From the NCBI GenBank assembly GCA_050175015.1, contig JBFXJJ010000002.1, positions 1 through 64,000 of the forward strand: DNA of 64,000 nucleotides, read 5' to 3'. The notes under the pieces were generated by a model that did no database searches, had not been told where the DNA came from, and saw only the letters and a program-made list of their open reading frames with translations. The translations under genes were made by a program, and so were the position numbers. Positions within the stretch are counted from its first letter, which is position 1; the number at the start of each line of letters is the position of its first letter. Below, one piece after another: positions 9,234-21,042 of this stretch. This DNA is from Alphaproteobacteria bacterium. GTDB lineage: Bacteria; Pseudomonadota; Alphaproteobacteria; JBFXJJ01.

Positions 9234-11450
9234 TTATTTTCTTTCTAATTTCAGAACTATAGTAGCTAAAGGAGGCAAGGTCAAAGTTAAAGAATGCGGA
9301 CGATAATTCCACCCTTCTTCATTTGCTTCAACACCACCTTTGTTTCCCATACCACTACCGCCATAATACTTGGAATCTGAGTTAAAGATTTCTTTATAGA
9401 AGCCCTTTTGAGGAACACCTACGCGATAGTTTTCTCTTGGAACAGGGGTGAAGTTACAGCAAGTAATTGTGAAGTCTTCTTGATTATGACCTCTTCTAAT
9501 GTAAGTAACTATGCTGTTTTCCCCATCTTGGAAATCAATCCATTCAAAACCATCACCTTCAAAATCTTTTTGATGAAGTGCAGGATTTTCTTTGTAAAGA
9601 TGGTTCAAATCCTTAACGCAATTGTATACACCTTTGTGCATTTCATCATTCATCAAATGCCAGCTTAAGCTAGCATCGCATGACCATTCACGATCTTGCG
9701 CAAACTCACCGCCCATAAAGAGAAGCTTTTTACCAGGGTGCGTGAACATAAAGCCATAATAAGCTCTAAGATTAGCAAACTTCTGCCATCTATCACCAGG
9801 CATACGATTAAACAAAGAGCCTTTACCGTGGACGACTTCATCGTGAGATAATGGCAATACAAAGTTTTCATTAAACGCATAAATTGGTCCAAAGGTAAGT
9901 TTGTTATGGTGCCATTTACGATGAACTGGATTTTCGTGAATGTATTCCAAAGTATCGTGCATCCAACCCATATTCCACTTAAAGCCAAAACCTAAACCAC
10001 CCATAAATGTTGGGCGGGAAACCATTGGCCAAGCCGTTGATTCTTCTGCAAAAGTAGTAGCGCCTGAGTCTTCACCAAAGATTAATTCATTTATACGTCT
10101 TAAAAATGCGATAGCTTCAGTGTTTTCGTTACCGCCTTGTTCATTAGGAATCCATTCGCCTTGTTTTCTTGAATAATCCAAGTAAAGCATTGACGCAACA
10201 GCATCAACTCTAATAGCGTCAATATGATATTTTCTAATCCAGAACAGCGCACTTGAAGCAAGGAAATTATTAACTTCACGACGACCAAAGTTATAAATTT
10301 TTGTACCCCAATCCATATGTTCACCTTTGCGGGGATCCATATGTTCATAAAGACTAGTTCCATCAAAATTAGCCAAACCGTGAGCATCTTTAGGGAAATG
10401 ACCTGGAACCCAGTCTAAAATTACACCAATATCATTTTCATGACATTGATCCATAAAATATTTAAAATCATCAGGTGTACCAAAACGGCTTGTTGGCGCA
10501 AACAATCCTGTTGTCTGATAGCCCCAAGAACCATCGAATGGATGTTCTGTTACAGGAAGAAGTTCAATATGGGTAAAGCCTAAGTCTTTAACATAAGGAA
10601 TAAGCTCATTTGCAAGTTCACGATAGGTTAAATAACGAAGACCTTCTAAAGAATTACGGCGCCAAGAACCTAAATGAACTTCATAAATTGAGATTGGGGA
10701 ATCTAAACGGTTTTTAGCTTTTCTCTTATCAATCCAATTTTGCTTTTCATCTTTCCATTTATACTTATTAATGTCATAGACAACAGAAGCTGTTGATGGT
10801 CTTGTTTCGGTAAAAAAGGCAAAAGGATCCGCTTTTAATGGCAATAAATCACCATTAGCACCTTTTATCTCGTATTTATACATATCGCCTTCACAAAGGC
10901 CTGGAATAAACAATTCCCAAACACCACAACCAACACGGTTTCTCATAGGGTGACGTCTGCCGTCCCATTCGTTAAAATTACCGACAACCGAAACCCGCTT
11001 AGCATTTGGAGCCCAAACGGCAAAAGAAACACCAGAAACATTTTCGTGGACGATTTGATGGGCGCCTAGTTTTTCATAAAGCTCAAGATGAGAGCCTTCA
11101 GCTAAGAGATATATGTCCATTTCTCCTAATATAGGAGTAAAACGATAAACATCTTCAACCATTTGATTATGACCTGCCCAATACTCTAATTTAAGTTTGT
11201 AGGCAAAGAAATCTTTCTTATCTAGTTCTATTTGAAATAGTCCTGATTGATGAATTACTTCAAACTGTCCGATTTCTTTCTCACTGTCATACTCGCAAAC
11301 CCAAACTTTTTTGGCTTCAGGTTGAAAGGTTCTAATATAGAGCTTACCATCGGTCTGACTGGCATGCATACCAAGAACAGCGAAGGGGTCGCCATAATTC
11401 CCTGATATGATGGCATCAATAACCCTTTGATCTAGTTTGTTTTTGATCAT
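9234..11450 (-). CDS. glgB: 1,4-alpha-glucan branching enzyme
   Basis: [40 protein letters not shown]. Confidence 0.97.
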   Translation of the reverse strand: MIKNKLDQRVIDAIISGNYGDPFAVLGMHASQTDGKLYIRTFQPEAKKVWVCEYDSEKEIGQFEVIHQSGLFQIELDKKDFFAYKLKLEYWAGHNQMVEDVYRFTPILGEMDIYLLAEGSHLELYEKLGAHQIVHENVSGVSFAVWAPNAKRVSVVGNFNEWDGRRHPMRNRVGCGVWELFIPGLCEGDMYKYEIKGANGDLLPLKADPFAFFTETRPSTASVVYDINKYKWKDEKQNWIDKRKAKNRLDSPISIYEVHLGSWRRNSLEGLRYLTYRELANELIPYVKDLGFTHIELLPVTEHPFDGSWGYQTTGLFAPTSRFGTPDDFKYFMDQCHENDIGVILDWVPGHFPKDAHGLANFDGTSLYEHMDPRKGEHMDWGTKIYNFGRREVNNFLASSALFWIRKYHIDAIRVDAVASMLYLDYSRKQGEWIPNEQGGNENTEAIAFLRRINELIFGEDSGATTFAEESTAWPMVSRPTFMGGLGFGFKWNMGWMHDTLEYIHENPVHRKWHHNKLTFGPIYAFNENFVLPLSHDEVVHGKGSLFNRMPGDRWQKFANLRAYYGFMFTHPGKKLLFMGGEFAQDREWSCDASLSWHLMNDEMHKGVYNCVKDLNHLYKENPALHQKDFEGDGFEWIDFQDGENSIVTYIRRGHNQEDFTITCCNFTPVPRENYRVGVPQKGFYKEIFNSDSKYYGGSGMGNKGGVEANEEGWNYRPHSLTLTLPPLATIVLKLERK

Positions 11451-11456
11451 ATTTTT

Positions 11457-14400
11457 TTACTCCTCATCTAATTCAATAAGTCTATATAAACCCATTATCG
11501 GTACAGGAAGCCAATCGGGACGATTAGCAACTTCATATATAACTTCATAAAGTGCCTTTTCCATAATGAATAAATCAAGTATTTTTTTCGCATCTTTATC
11601 ATTTGCGGGATAAGCCTTGCAGCCTTTTATTTCGTCAGTATAGCCTTTCAAGAAGGAATTCACGACATTTTTCTCCCAATCTTTAACCCAAGGTTTCATT
11701 TTCTCAATCGAATATTTTTTATTCAATTTGTCATTAAAGAGTATGCCAAACGTTGCATAATTGAAAGAACGAATCATTCCAGCAACATCTTTCAGCTGTA
11801 TTTGCTTAACATTTCTTTCGTTAAGAGGACGTAAAGGCTCGCCTTCGAAATCAAGAATATAAAAATCGCCCTGAGCCACAACCAACTGACCTAAATGATA
11901 ATCACCATGATATCTTGTTTTGACAAGACCGTCTTCATTAATCGTCAGTTCATTAATTCTTTTATCCAATAAATGCCAAGAATCTAGAAGCTTAGAAGCA
12001 TTTTCTTTAACATTAAGCGGCAGTTTATGCAATCTTTCTTCTATTGCTTTTTTAGCAACTACAGACTGCTCCTTAACACTGCTGATTAAGGTTTTTATAT
12101 CCTGTTTGGTAACAGCTTCAGGTTCAAAACCTTCAACCCCGCCCTTAGCAAAAGCTTTATGCATCTCTGCGGTTCTCTTGCCGAGGGTTTCCATTGTTCC
12201 TAAGAATAGTGAGTGTCGTCCGCTGCTGCCTGATTTTTTGCTATCGTAATTAATATTGCCGATATCTTCGAAAAATCTTTCAAGATACGCAAGCGTATTG
12301 CTCCAGCCATCACCTTGGTTGCGGATAAACCCTTGCAAAATAGCAAGTGCGGTAGGCTTGCCTTTACTGTTGTAAGACTCTGCAACTCCTAAATAAGGAG
12401 GTGTGTTTTTAAAGCCTGCAACTTCGGTTAAATATCTGCAAACATCAACTTCAGGGTGCTTGCCTTCTGCAACCTTACGATAAATCTTCAAAATTAAATC
12501 ATCGCCAATAATAACAGAACTGTTGCTTTGTTCGGTTGAAATTGTTTTTTCTATCGGATTGTTGAGTTTTTTAATTAAATCTTTGCCAAGCTTGTTGGAA
12601 GAAAAAGCAATTTTGCCATTTTTTCCACAATCGACAACGAAATCTTTGCCCATTTGTTCAACAATTTTGGTTGCAAATTTTTCGCTGTAAATTGCATCGT
12701 ATAACGTTCCAACTTCACCACGGCATCTTGTCCGACTGAAAATAGAGTTAATATTTCCTTTAAACTGTTCATCTGTTTCTGAACCCCAATCGATAGAAAG
12801 CGGCAGGAAATAGTCGTGCACTTCACCATTATTCAGATGAACTTTTAATATTGCAAAAAGCTGTTCACCAGTTTCTTTCACAATAACTTGATTAACCAAA
12901 TCTATTTTCGTGATTTCATAATTTTTAGAACTATACCAACGCTTGTTAGGCAATATCTTCATCATTATTTTTTCAAAAATTTTCTGCGTCGCTGGCGAGC
13001 TTGCTAAACTTTGCCATTTTTGCGGCATAACCAGTGTTTTCCTTGCTACAGAATAATCAATTTTTTTGTTAAATAATGCTTTTGCTTTTTTAGCTTCAAC
13101 AATTAAAAACCAGAAAAAGCCATATTCAGGCATTGTTATCTGATAAGTATATTCACCAATAACAGGAAAACAACAAACCCCCATTAAATCAACAGGGGTA
13201 TAGCCTTGGAACTTGCGCAAATCTAATTCAACGTGTTGTGGCTGACCTGAAAGATTGGCGACGCACAAAATCTTTTCGTCTTTGTTTTCACGAAGATACG
13301 AAATAACGGTACGGTTTCCTGAAGGCAGAAATGTTAAATCTCCTTTTACGAAAACTTTATGTTGAGAACGTATTTCAATCAGCCGTCTCATCCAATTCAA
13401 TAAAGACGACTGTCTTTTTTCTTGAGCTTCAACATTAACAGCTTGATAACCATAAACTATATCCTGAATGGCTGGCAAAAATAGCTTTGCGGGATCTGAT
13501 TTAGAAAAACCGCCGTTGCGGTCAACTGACCACTGCATCGGCGTTCTAACACCATCTCTATCATTGAGATAAATATTATCTCCCATACCGATTTCATCAC
13601 CATAATAAATAATCGGAGCTCCAGGAAGAGACATCAAAAAGCTGTTTAGAAGTTCTATCTTACGACGGTCATTTTCAACCAAAGGCGCAAGCCTTCTTCT
13701 AATTCCCATATTGATGCGAGCACGTTTATCAGGAGCGTAGTAGTCCCACATAAACTGCCTTTCTCTTTCTGTAACCATCTCAAGCGTCAACTCATCGTGG
13801 TTGCGCAAGAACATTGCCCATTGGCAATTATCTGGAATTTGCGGAGTTTGCTCCATAATGTCAATAATCGGCTGGCTGTCTTCTTTGGCAAGAGCCATAT
13901 ATAATCTTGGCATAACAGGAAAATGATAACAAACATTACATTTCTCGCCTTCATCACCAAAATATTCAACCACCTCTTCTGGCCACTGATTAGCTTCAGC
14001 CAAAAACATTCTATCTTCATAATGCTCGTCCATCCAAGCTCTTAGTTTACGAATAACATCATGAGTCTCAGGAAGGTTTTCATTAATAGTACCTTCTCTT
14101 TCAACTAAATAAGGAATGGCATCAAGACGCATACCATCAACCCCCATATCGAGCCAATGAGACATAATTTGGGTAACTTCACGAAAGACTTGAGGATTGT
14201 CAAAATTCAAATCAGGTTGATGTGAGTAGAAACGATGCCAATAGTATGCTTCTGCTTCCTCGTCCCAAGTCCAATTTGATTTTTCAGTATCACAGAAAAT
14301 AATTCTGGTTTCAGAATATTTATCAGGATCGTCGCTCCAAACATAATAATTTCTTTCAACTGAGTCTTTAGGAGCCTTTCTTGCTCTTTGAAACCAAGGA

Positions 14401-14732
14401 TGCTGGTCTGATGTGTGGTTAATTACCAGCTCGGTAATAACTTTTAATCCTAAATCATGAGCCTTGCTAATAAATTCCTTAAAGTCATTAATTGTACCAT
14501 ATGTAGGATTGATACTCTTGTAATCAGAAATATCAAATCCGTCGTCTCTAAGAGGCGACGGATAAAATGGAAGTAACCATAAGGTGTTAACACCCAATTT
14601 TTTGATATATTCTAGCTTACTAATTAACCCCTTAAAATCCCCTATGCCGTCATTATTAGAATCCATAAAAGATTTTATATGAATCTGATAAATAACAGAA
14701 TCGTGATACCACTTATTAACTTTAGACATCAT
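11457..14732 (-). CDS. treS: Trehalose synthase TreS fused to maltokinase (Mak/Pep2)
   Basis: N-terminal RLDAIPYL, LAEANQ, FLRNHDELTLE; C-terminal EQSNSS, HGDYHLGQ, DFEGEP, DVAGMIRS. Confidence 0.95.
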   Translation of the reverse strand: MMSKVNKWYHDSVIYQIHIKSFMDSNNDGIGDFKGLISKLEYIKKLGVNTLWLLPFYPSPLRDDGFDISDYKSINPTYGTINDFKEFISKAHDLGLKVITELVINHTSDQHPWFQRARKAPKDSVERNYYVWSDDPDKYSETRIIFCDTEKSNWTWDEEAEAYYWHRFYSHQPDLNFDNPQVFREVTQIMSHWLDMGVDGMRLDAIPYLVEREGTINENLPETHDVIRKLRAWMDEHYEDRMFLAEANQWPEEVVEYFGDEGEKCNVCYHFPVMPRLYMALAKEDSQPIIDIMEQTPQIPDNCQWAMFLRNHDELTLEMVTERERQFMWDYYAPDKRARINMGIRRRLAPLVENDRRKIELLNSFLMSLPGAPIIYYGDEIGMGDNIYLNDRDGVRTPMQWSVDRNGGFSKSDPAKLFLPAIQDIVYGYQAVNVEAQEKRQSSLLNWMRRLIEIRSQHKVFVKGDLTFLPSGNRTVISYLRENKDEKILCVANLSGQPQHVELDLRKFQGYTPVDLMGVCCFPVIGEYTYQITMPEYGFFWFLIVEAKKAKALFNKKIDYSVARKTLVMPQKWQSLASSPATQKIFEKIMMKILPNKRWYSSKNYEITKIDLVNQVIVKETGEQLFAILKVHLNNGEVHDYFLPLSIDWGSETDEQFKGNINSIFSRTRCRGEVGTLYDAIYSEKFATKIVEQMGKDFVVDCGKNGKIAFSSNKLGKDLIKKLNNPIEKTISTEQSNSSVIIGDDLILKIYRKVAEGKHPEVDVCRYLTEVAGFKNTPPYLGVAESYNSKGKPTALAILQGFIRNQGDGWSNTLAYLERFFEDIGNINYDSKKSGSSGRHSLFLGTMETLGKRTAEMHKAFAKGGVEGFEPEAVTKQDIKTLISSVKEQSVVAKKAIEERLHKLPLNVKENASKLLDSWHLLDKRINELTINEDGLVKTRYHGDYHLGQLVVAQGDFYILDFEGEPLRPLNERNVKQIQLKDVAGMIRSFNYATFGILFNDKLNKKYSIEKMKPWVKDWEKNVVNSFLKGYTDEIKGCKAYPANDKDAKKILDLFIMEKALYEVIYEVANRPDWLPVPIMGLYRLIELDEE

Positions 14733-14746
14733 ATTCCCTAAAAAAA

Positions 14747-16930
14747 TTAATTTTGTTTAAACAATTTATCAATCGGAGTAATTCTGAAAATCTGAGCTTG
14801 TTTACCAGCAGGATAAAGGTGAGTACTTTGCTTATCTCCCTGCCATTCCCAAGTTTCTCCAGACAAAAGTTCTTCTACTCTAAATTTCCCCCAATACGGA
14901 ATCCCCATTTCATATAAAGGAAAAACTATTTCTGAGCTTTGAGCATTATAAGGATCAAGACTCAAAACGATAAAAATCATATTATCATTATTTTGAGTCC
15001 TTTTTCCATAAAATATAACTTGGTCATTGCTGGAATTACAAAATTGCAGATTATCTAATTCGTGAAGCGAAGGATTTTGTCTTCTTATATTGTTAATTTT
15101 AGTTATAAAATCCTTAATATTGCCGCTTCGATTCCAGTCCCAAACCTTTAATTGATATTTTTCGGAGTAATTATATTCTTCTTTTCCTGGAATGGCATCA
15201 TTTTCACAAAGTTCATACCCATTATAAATTCCATAGACGCTTGAAAGGGTAGAGGCTAAAAGAAATCTCATAACAAATCCAGCTCTGCCAGACTGCTGTA
15301 AAAAGAATGGAAGAATATCAGGAGTTGTTGGAAAAAAGTTTGGTCTCATATAATCAACAACATCGTGAGATATTAAGGCATTGTGTTCTTTATTCGTCTT
15401 TCCCGTAAGTTCGCTTAAATATTCCATCAAAGAATACTTATCATTACGCCAAGTAAAGTAAGAATATGATTGGTTAAAACCTACTTTAGCAAGCATCTTC
15501 ATCATAGGAGGTTTGGTAAAAGCTTCTGCCAAAAAGATAACATCTGGATAGAGATCGTGAATTTCTCTTATCATCCATTCCCAAAATGGAACTGATTTAG
15601 TGTGAGGATTATCAACTCTAAAAATTTTCACACCTTGGCTAATCCAAAACAAAACCGTATCTTTTAACTCCTGCCATAGTTCATCTTGACCTTCGCAGTA
15701 AAAGTCTACATTAACAATATCCTCATATTTTTTAGGCGGATTTTCAGCATACTTAATCGTGCCATCTGGTCTAAATTTAAACCAATTAGGGTGTTCTTTA
15801 ACCCAAGGGTGATCAGGTGCGCATTGAATTGCAAAATCAATCGCAACTTCCATTCCCAAATTATGGCACTCTTGAACAAAATGCCTAAAATCTTCTAATG
15901 TCCCAAGTTCAGGGTTAATGTCCTTATGACCTCCCAAACGAGAGCCTATAGCATAAGGACTGCCTGGATCTCCATCCTTAGCAATAAGGGTATTATTAGG
16001 TCCTTTCCTATTAACTTCTCCAACGGGGTGAATAGGCAAAAGATAAACCACATCAAAACCCATTGCCGCAATTTCAGGGAGTCTTTTCTCGCAATCTTTA
16101 AATGTAGCGTGCCTGCCCTCTTCACTCCCTTGAGAACGGTGAAACATTTCATACCATGCCGCAAATCTTGCGCCCACCCTATCAACAAACACTTCCTGCT
16201 CTATATCAAGCCTAGTTGCGGCGTCTCTATCTGGCCATCTGTCCATAGCTTCGTGCAAAGTTTCGGATAATAATATTGCAGTTTTTTCTCTTTGATCTGG
16301 AGCATTATCAAATGCTGTAAGCATATTCTCGAGCATTGATAAATCTTCAAGGCGTAAGAATTCTTCCATTGTTAAACCCTTAGCCTTCTTGATTCTTTCT
16401 ATAGCGGCAACAACAAGATTACGCCCTTCAATAAGGTCTAAATGAATGTCTTGCCCAACATTAAACTTTTTGCTTGCTCCATCATGCCATGTTCCAAAAA
16501 CATCAACCCAAGCTTCAATCGTATAAACATATCTAGTATTCTCACTAAAAACTATTTCCCCACGCCATCTAGCAAGACCAGGATTAACCAAAAACATAGG
16601 TTCTTCCTGCCAAGTATCTTCTGTTATTTTGCGATACAAAATAGAGGCTTTAAGCATTTCGTGGCCATCTTTAAAAATATCTGCCCAAACTTCCATATTG
16701 TCGCCAACTTCTCTTTTGACGGCATATCTTCCGTTGTCTATTACTGGAGCTACATTTTGAATTGTTATAGGCTGACTTGCAGCAAAATCGGCTAAACAAT
16801 TTTTATATTCTCTTCTAACCCACCCTTTTTGCGTTTGTTTTCCAGAACCAATACCTGGTAATTTTACTGGAGCTTTGGGAGATATTTTACGTAAACGCTT
16901 AACCGATTTTTGTTGATCGCCTGACAACAT
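14747..16930 (-). CDS. glgE: Alpha-1,4-glucan:maltose-1-phosphate maltosyltransferase
   Basis: PIHPVG, GSPYAIG, YAENPPKKYEDI, RVDNPHTK, LAEAF, QSYSYFTW. Confidence 0.95.
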   Translation of the reverse strand: MLSGDQQKSVKRLRKISPKAPVKLPGIGSGKQTQKGWVRREYKNCLADFAASQPITIQNVAPVIDNGRYAVKREVGDNMEVWADIFKDGHEMLKASILYRKITEDTWQEEPMFLVNPGLARWRGEIVFSENTRYVYTIEAWVDVFGTWHDGASKKFNVGQDIHLDLIEGRNLVVAAIERIKKAKGLTMEEFLRLEDLSMLENMLTAFDNAPDQREKTAILLSETLHEAMDRWPDRDAATRLDIEQEVFVDRVGARFAAWYEMFHRSQGSEEGRHATFKDCEKRLPEIAAMGFDVVYLLPIHPVGEVNRKGPNNTLIAKDGDPGSPYAIGSRLGGHKDINPELGTLEDFRHFVQECHNLGMEVAIDFAIQCAPDHPWVKEHPNWFKFRPDGTIKYAENPPKKYEDIVNVDFYCEGQDELWQELKDTVLFWISQGVKIFRVDNPHTKSVPFWEWMIREIHDLYPDVIFLAEAFTKPPMMKMLAKVGFNQSYSYFTWRNDKYSLMEYLSELTGKTNKEHNALISHDVVDYMRPNFFPTTPDILPFFLQQSGRAGFVMRFLLASTLSSVYGIYNGYELCENDAIPGKEEYNYSEKYQLKVWDWNRSGNIKDFITKINNIRRQNPSLHELDNLQFCNSSNDQVIFYGKRTQNNDNMIFIVLSLDPYNAQSSEIVFPLYEMGIPYWGKFRVEELLSGETWEWQGDKQSTHLYPAGKQAQIFRITPIDKLFKQN

Positions 16931-17407
16931 AGAATGTAAACTCCTTAATCAAATATAAAAAACTATCAACTAAATATGTTTTATAACAACATAATAAACA
17001 GAAATAAAATACCGATTCTTGCTTATAAACTCTATATATTTTTTTTAATTTTATAAGTTATTAAATTTTATTTAACCTTTTTTATAAATATTTTTTTACG
17101 TTTTAATGAAAAAAATGTTGCAATTCCTTAATTTTTCTAAAATTTTTTATTTTTTTAACATTCTGAAATCATTGCTTTTTTTGAGTTTATCCTATTTTTG
17201 TCTACAATAACTCACGTTTTTGTTAAAATTTTTAAACAATTCCTTTAAGAATCCTTGTTTTTTTAAAATTGAAAAATTCATAAAATAGTGGTTTATATAG
17301 TTTATGGGATTTGGTTTTTTGTAATTTTGTTATTAGATATTGCCAAAGCGCAAAACTAAATTAGTTTTGTTTTATGTTTTTTAACTTTGTTTTTTAGGAG
17401 ATTTATT

Positions 17408-17644
17408 ATGAGTAAAAGTGATATAAACGAAGAACACGTCCGTGTTGCAGCTTATTACATCTGGGAAAAAGAAGGACGTCCAGAAGGTGTTGATTTTGAT
17501 CATTGGGTTAAAGCAAAAAATGCTGCTGCTGAAGCTGAAGGATGCTGCAAATCATCTTGCTGTGCTTCAACAGACACCAAAGCAAAAGCAACCAAAGCAA
17601 AAAGCGCACCAACAGCAACAAAAACTAAAGCAAAAAAGAAATAA
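17408..17644 (+). CDS. DUF2934-like small protein with CC-CC motif and Lys/Ala-rich tail
   Basis: VRVAAYYIWEKEGRPEG...HWVKA; AGGAG RBS before ATG 17408. Confidence 0.85.
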   Translation: MSKSDINEEHVRVAAYYIWEKEGRPEGVDFDHWVKAKNAAAEAEGCCKSSCCASTDTKAKATKAKSAPTATKTKAKKK

Positions 17645-17732
17645 TTTAGTTTTTTATGGTGTTTTTCTTTCTTAGGATTTAAGAATTTTTATAAAATAAT
17701 GTTTTTTAGAATGAAAAACATTATTATAGAGC

Positions 17733-17767
17733 AAAAAGCCCTCGCAAAAAACAGTGAGGGTTTTTTT
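17733..17767 (+). terminator. Intrinsic terminator after DUF2934 gene
   Basis: GCCCTCGC / GTGAGGGT stem followed by T7. Confidence 0.7.
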
Positions 17768-18170
17768 ATTGCATAATCTACTAAAAACAAAGCTGCCCGC
17801 ATATTTGCCATTAGAGCATATTTGATTTAGCCTTATCCATTCTTACTAAACCAAAAAGCTTTGGTGCCAAGATTTTTTTAAGGATTACTTACTAGCTCAA
17901 AAAAAGTTGAAGTAAAGGAAGACTTCTTGGCTTTCCTCTTTATTTTTTACATTTAGTCCGCAAATGCATTGTGATTCTTAAAACAAATATAACACGCTTT
18001 ACAAACCACTCCTTTTGACTTGCTTTGCTAAATGAGAAATAGAGGCGGCTACAATTTAAGTTTCGCAACAGACAATACTATCTGCAAGGTGTGTATCGCA
18101 GATAGTATTATTAAATGAGGCACAACGTAAGGCCTAGTGTCCGTCAAGTGAAAAGCACAAAGGAACGAGC

Positions 18171-18211
18171 AAAAAAAAGCTGCGCCTTATTTAAAAGGAC
18201 ACAGCTTTTTT
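18171..18211 (-). terminator. Intrinsic terminator after alaS
   Basis: AAAAAAGCTG...CAGCTTTTTT inverted repeat just past the alaS stop. Confidence 0.65.
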
Positions 18212-18228
18212 ATCTAAGACTTTATGCT

Positions 18229-20877
18229 TTAAGCACTAGCCTTTATTTTTGCTTCAATTGCATTTAAAGCATCGACGGCCTTATCGCCATCGGGGCTTCC
18301 TGCTTGAGCCATATCAGGACGACCGCCGCCGCCTTTGCCGCCACTTGCAGCTGAACCAGCTTGAACTAAATCAACCGCATCAAAAGCCTTCCCTGCCAAA
18401 TCAGAAGTAACGCCAACAACGAGAGACAGTTTATCGTCATTAACTGAAACCACAGCCACGATTCCTGATCCAATTTTTTTCTTAAGTTCATCAGCCATCG
18501 GCTTCAAATCTTTCGGAGGAATCCCCTCTAAATTTTTCTTTATAAACTTAATACCAGCGATATTCAAAACTTCATCACTTCCTGAAGTACCGCCTTCGGC
18601 CAATTTCTTTCTAGTATCAGAAAGCTCTTTTTCTAGACGTTTTCTTTCATCAATCAAAGATGAGATTCTCTTCGTTAATTCCGAAGGTGAAGCCTTTAAT
18701 ACTTCCGCGGACTTTGCAATAATCTCTTCTCTTTCGTTAATATATGCCAAAGCTTCGTCTCCAGTTACAGCCTCAATACGTCTAAGTCCTGCACCAACAG
18801 CCGTCTCTCCAACAATCTTGAAGAAACCGATATCTCCTGTTTGAGCAACGTGCGTACCACCACAAAGCTCTACAGAAAAAACTTTGCCACCTTTGCCATT
18901 CATAGTTACGACTCTAACTTCTTCACCGTATTTCTCGCCAAATAACGCCATAGCTCCTTCTTTGACGGCATCTTCTGGAGACATAATCTTAGTTGAAACT
19001 AAGCCGTTAACTCTAATTGCTCTATTAACTATTTTCTCAACTTCTTTAAGCTCATCTTTGGTTACTTGGTGATTATGGCTGATATCAAATCTCATTCTTT
19101 TATCTGAAACCAAAGAACCTTTTTGGGTTACGTGTTCGCCCAAAACCTGTCTTAATGCTTTATGCAGCAAATGAGTTACTGAGTGATTTGCTCTAATAGC
19201 GCCTCTTCTTTCAGAATCGACCATAAACACTGCAAAATCACCGTTTTTAATTTCACCTTCAACCACTTTAGCTTTGTGAGCATAAATTTTACCCGCAACT
19301 TTTAAGGTATCAAGAACTTCAAGTTTGGCTTTATTTTTAATTTCAATAATACCTGTATCACCAACTTGACCACCAGATTCAGCATAAAAAGGAGTCTGGT
19401 TTGCAACCACCATAACTTCATCTCCTTTTTTAACAACGTCCGTAAGTTTGTTGTCCTTTATTAAAGCTTCAATTTTAGCTTCGGCAGTTTCCGTATCATA
19501 TCCTAAAAATTCGGTTGCAGAAATTTTTGATGCCAAATCGAACCAAACAGCATTGTCCGCAGTTTCACCCGAACCAGCCCAAGACTTACGAGCTTCATTC
19601 CGTTGATTCTCCATTGCTTCATTAAAAGCGTCGGTATCAACTTTAATCTTTTTGCTGCGCAAAGCATCTTCGGTCAAATCTAAAGGAAAACCATACGTAT
19701 CATAAAGTTTAAATGCGACATCTCCTGAAAGAATATCCCCAGCTTTAAGATTTTCAGTTTCGGTATCAAGAAGCCTGATACCACGAGAAAGCATCTGTTT
19801 GAATCTTGTTTCTTCAAGTTTTAAGGTTTCAACAATTAAAGGCTTGGCTCTCTCCAATTCAGGATAAGCCTCGCCCATACAACTGATAAGAGCTGGAACT
19901 AACTGCCACATTAAAGGCTCAACGCAGCCTACCAAATGAGCATGACGCATTGCTCTGCGCATAATTCTTCTTAAAACATAGCCTCTGCCTTCATTAGAAG
20001 GTGAAACACCATCTGCAATCAAGAAACAGCAAGCTCTGAGATGATCGGCAATAACACGGTGAGAAATACGATATTCTCCATAAGGTTCGGTTTTGCTTAA
20101 CCTTGCAGATTCTTCAATCAAGCCTCTCATTAAACCTATTTCATAGTTATCGTGAGTTCCCTCTAAAACAGCGGCAATACGTTCTAACCCCATACCTGTA
20201 TCAATAGAAGGTCTTGGAAGAGCACGACGCTCGTTTTCGCTAACTTGTTCATATTGCATAAAAACAAGATTCCAAATTTCAACAAAACGGTCGCCATCTT
20301 GATCAGGTGAACCAGGAATGCCGCCCTTAATATGATCGCCGTGATCATAAAAAATTTCAGAACAAGGACCGCAAGGACCAGTATCTCCCATAGCCCAGAA
20401 ATTATCGTGCGTTGGAATTTTTATGATTCTGTCATCAGGAAGCCCTGATATTTTTTTCCATAATTTAAAAGCTTCTTCATCTTCAGCATAAACGGTTGTC
20501 AGCAATCTGTTTTTATCAATACCGAATTCTTTAGTAACTAAATCCCAACCATAAAAAATAGCTTGTTCTTTGAAATAATCTCCAAATGAAAAATTACCAA
20601 GCATTTCAAAAAAAGTATGATGCCTTGCTGTATAGCCAACGTTATCTAAATCGTTATGTTTGCCACCAGCACGAACGCATTTCTGAGAAGTTGTAGCTCT
20701 AGAAAAATCAGTTTTTTCCATACCTGTGAAAATATTTTTAAACTGAACCATACCAGCGTTAGTAAACATTAAAGTTGGGTCATTTCTAGGTACAAGCGGG
20801 CTTGATTTTACAATTTCGTGACCATTTTTTTGAAAATATTCAAGAAAAGTCTTTCTAATCTGATTTACACTGCTCAT
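18229..20877 (-). CDS. alaS: Alanine--tRNA ligase
   Basis: [28 protein letters not shown], editing HxxxH and [19 protein letters not shown]. Confidence 0.99.
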   Translation of the reverse strand: MSSVNQIRKTFLEYFQKNGHEIVKSSPLVPRNDPTLMFTNAGMVQFKNIFTGMEKTDFSRATTSQKCVRAGGKHNDLDNVGYTARHHTFFEMLGNFSFGDYFKEQAIFYGWDLVTKEFGIDKNRLLTTVYAEDEEAFKLWKKISGLPDDRIIKIPTHDNFWAMGDTGPCGPCSEIFYDHGDHIKGGIPGSPDQDGDRFVEIWNLVFMQYEQVSENERRALPRPSIDTGMGLERIAAVLEGTHDNYEIGLMRGLIEESARLSKTEPYGEYRISHRVIADHLRACCFLIADGVSPSNEGRGYVLRRIMRRAMRHAHLVGCVEPLMWQLVPALISCMGEAYPELERAKPLIVETLKLEETRFKQMLSRGIRLLDTETENLKAGDILSGDVAFKLYDTYGFPLDLTEDALRSKKIKVDTDAFNEAMENQRNEARKSWAGSGETADNAVWFDLASKISATEFLGYDTETAEAKIEALIKDNKLTDVVKKGDEVMVVANQTPFYAESGGQVGDTGIIEIKNKAKLEVLDTLKVAGKIYAHKAKVVEGEIKNGDFAVFMVDSERRGAIRANHSVTHLLHKALRQVLGEHVTQKGSLVSDKRMRFDISHNHQVTKDELKEVEKIVNRAIRVNGLVSTKIMSPEDAVKEGAMALFGEKYGEEVRVVTMNGKGGKVFSVELCGGTHVAQTGDIGFFKIVGETAVGAGLRRIEAVTGDEALAYINEREEIIAKSAEVLKASPSELTKRISSLIDERKRLEKELSDTRKKLAEGGTSGSDEVLNIAGIKFIKKNLEGIPPKDLKPMADELKKKIGSGIVAVVSVNDDKLSLVVGVTSDLAGKAFDAVDLVQAGSAASGGKGGGGRPDMAQAGSPDGDKAVDALNAIEAKIKASA

Positions 20878-21042
20878 GATTTTTTGCCTTATGGAGTTGA
20901 TATAATATGATAGAATTTTATGACTTAATAATGGTATAAAATCAAGTTTTTATATAATCTTAAACACCAACTTTTTACCAATCGATAAAAAACACCCAAC
21001 ATATTAGAAGAAAATGAGAGCTAATTCTTAATAAAAAACACT

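Noticed and set aside
11457-14732. TreS-maltokinase fusion as a novelty
   Set aside because: Well-known architecture in Proteobacteria
18115-18267. About 50-codon plus-strand ORF overlapping the 28-codon ORF by ATGA
   Set aside because: No RBS; it runs through the alaS terminator and into the alaS 3' end
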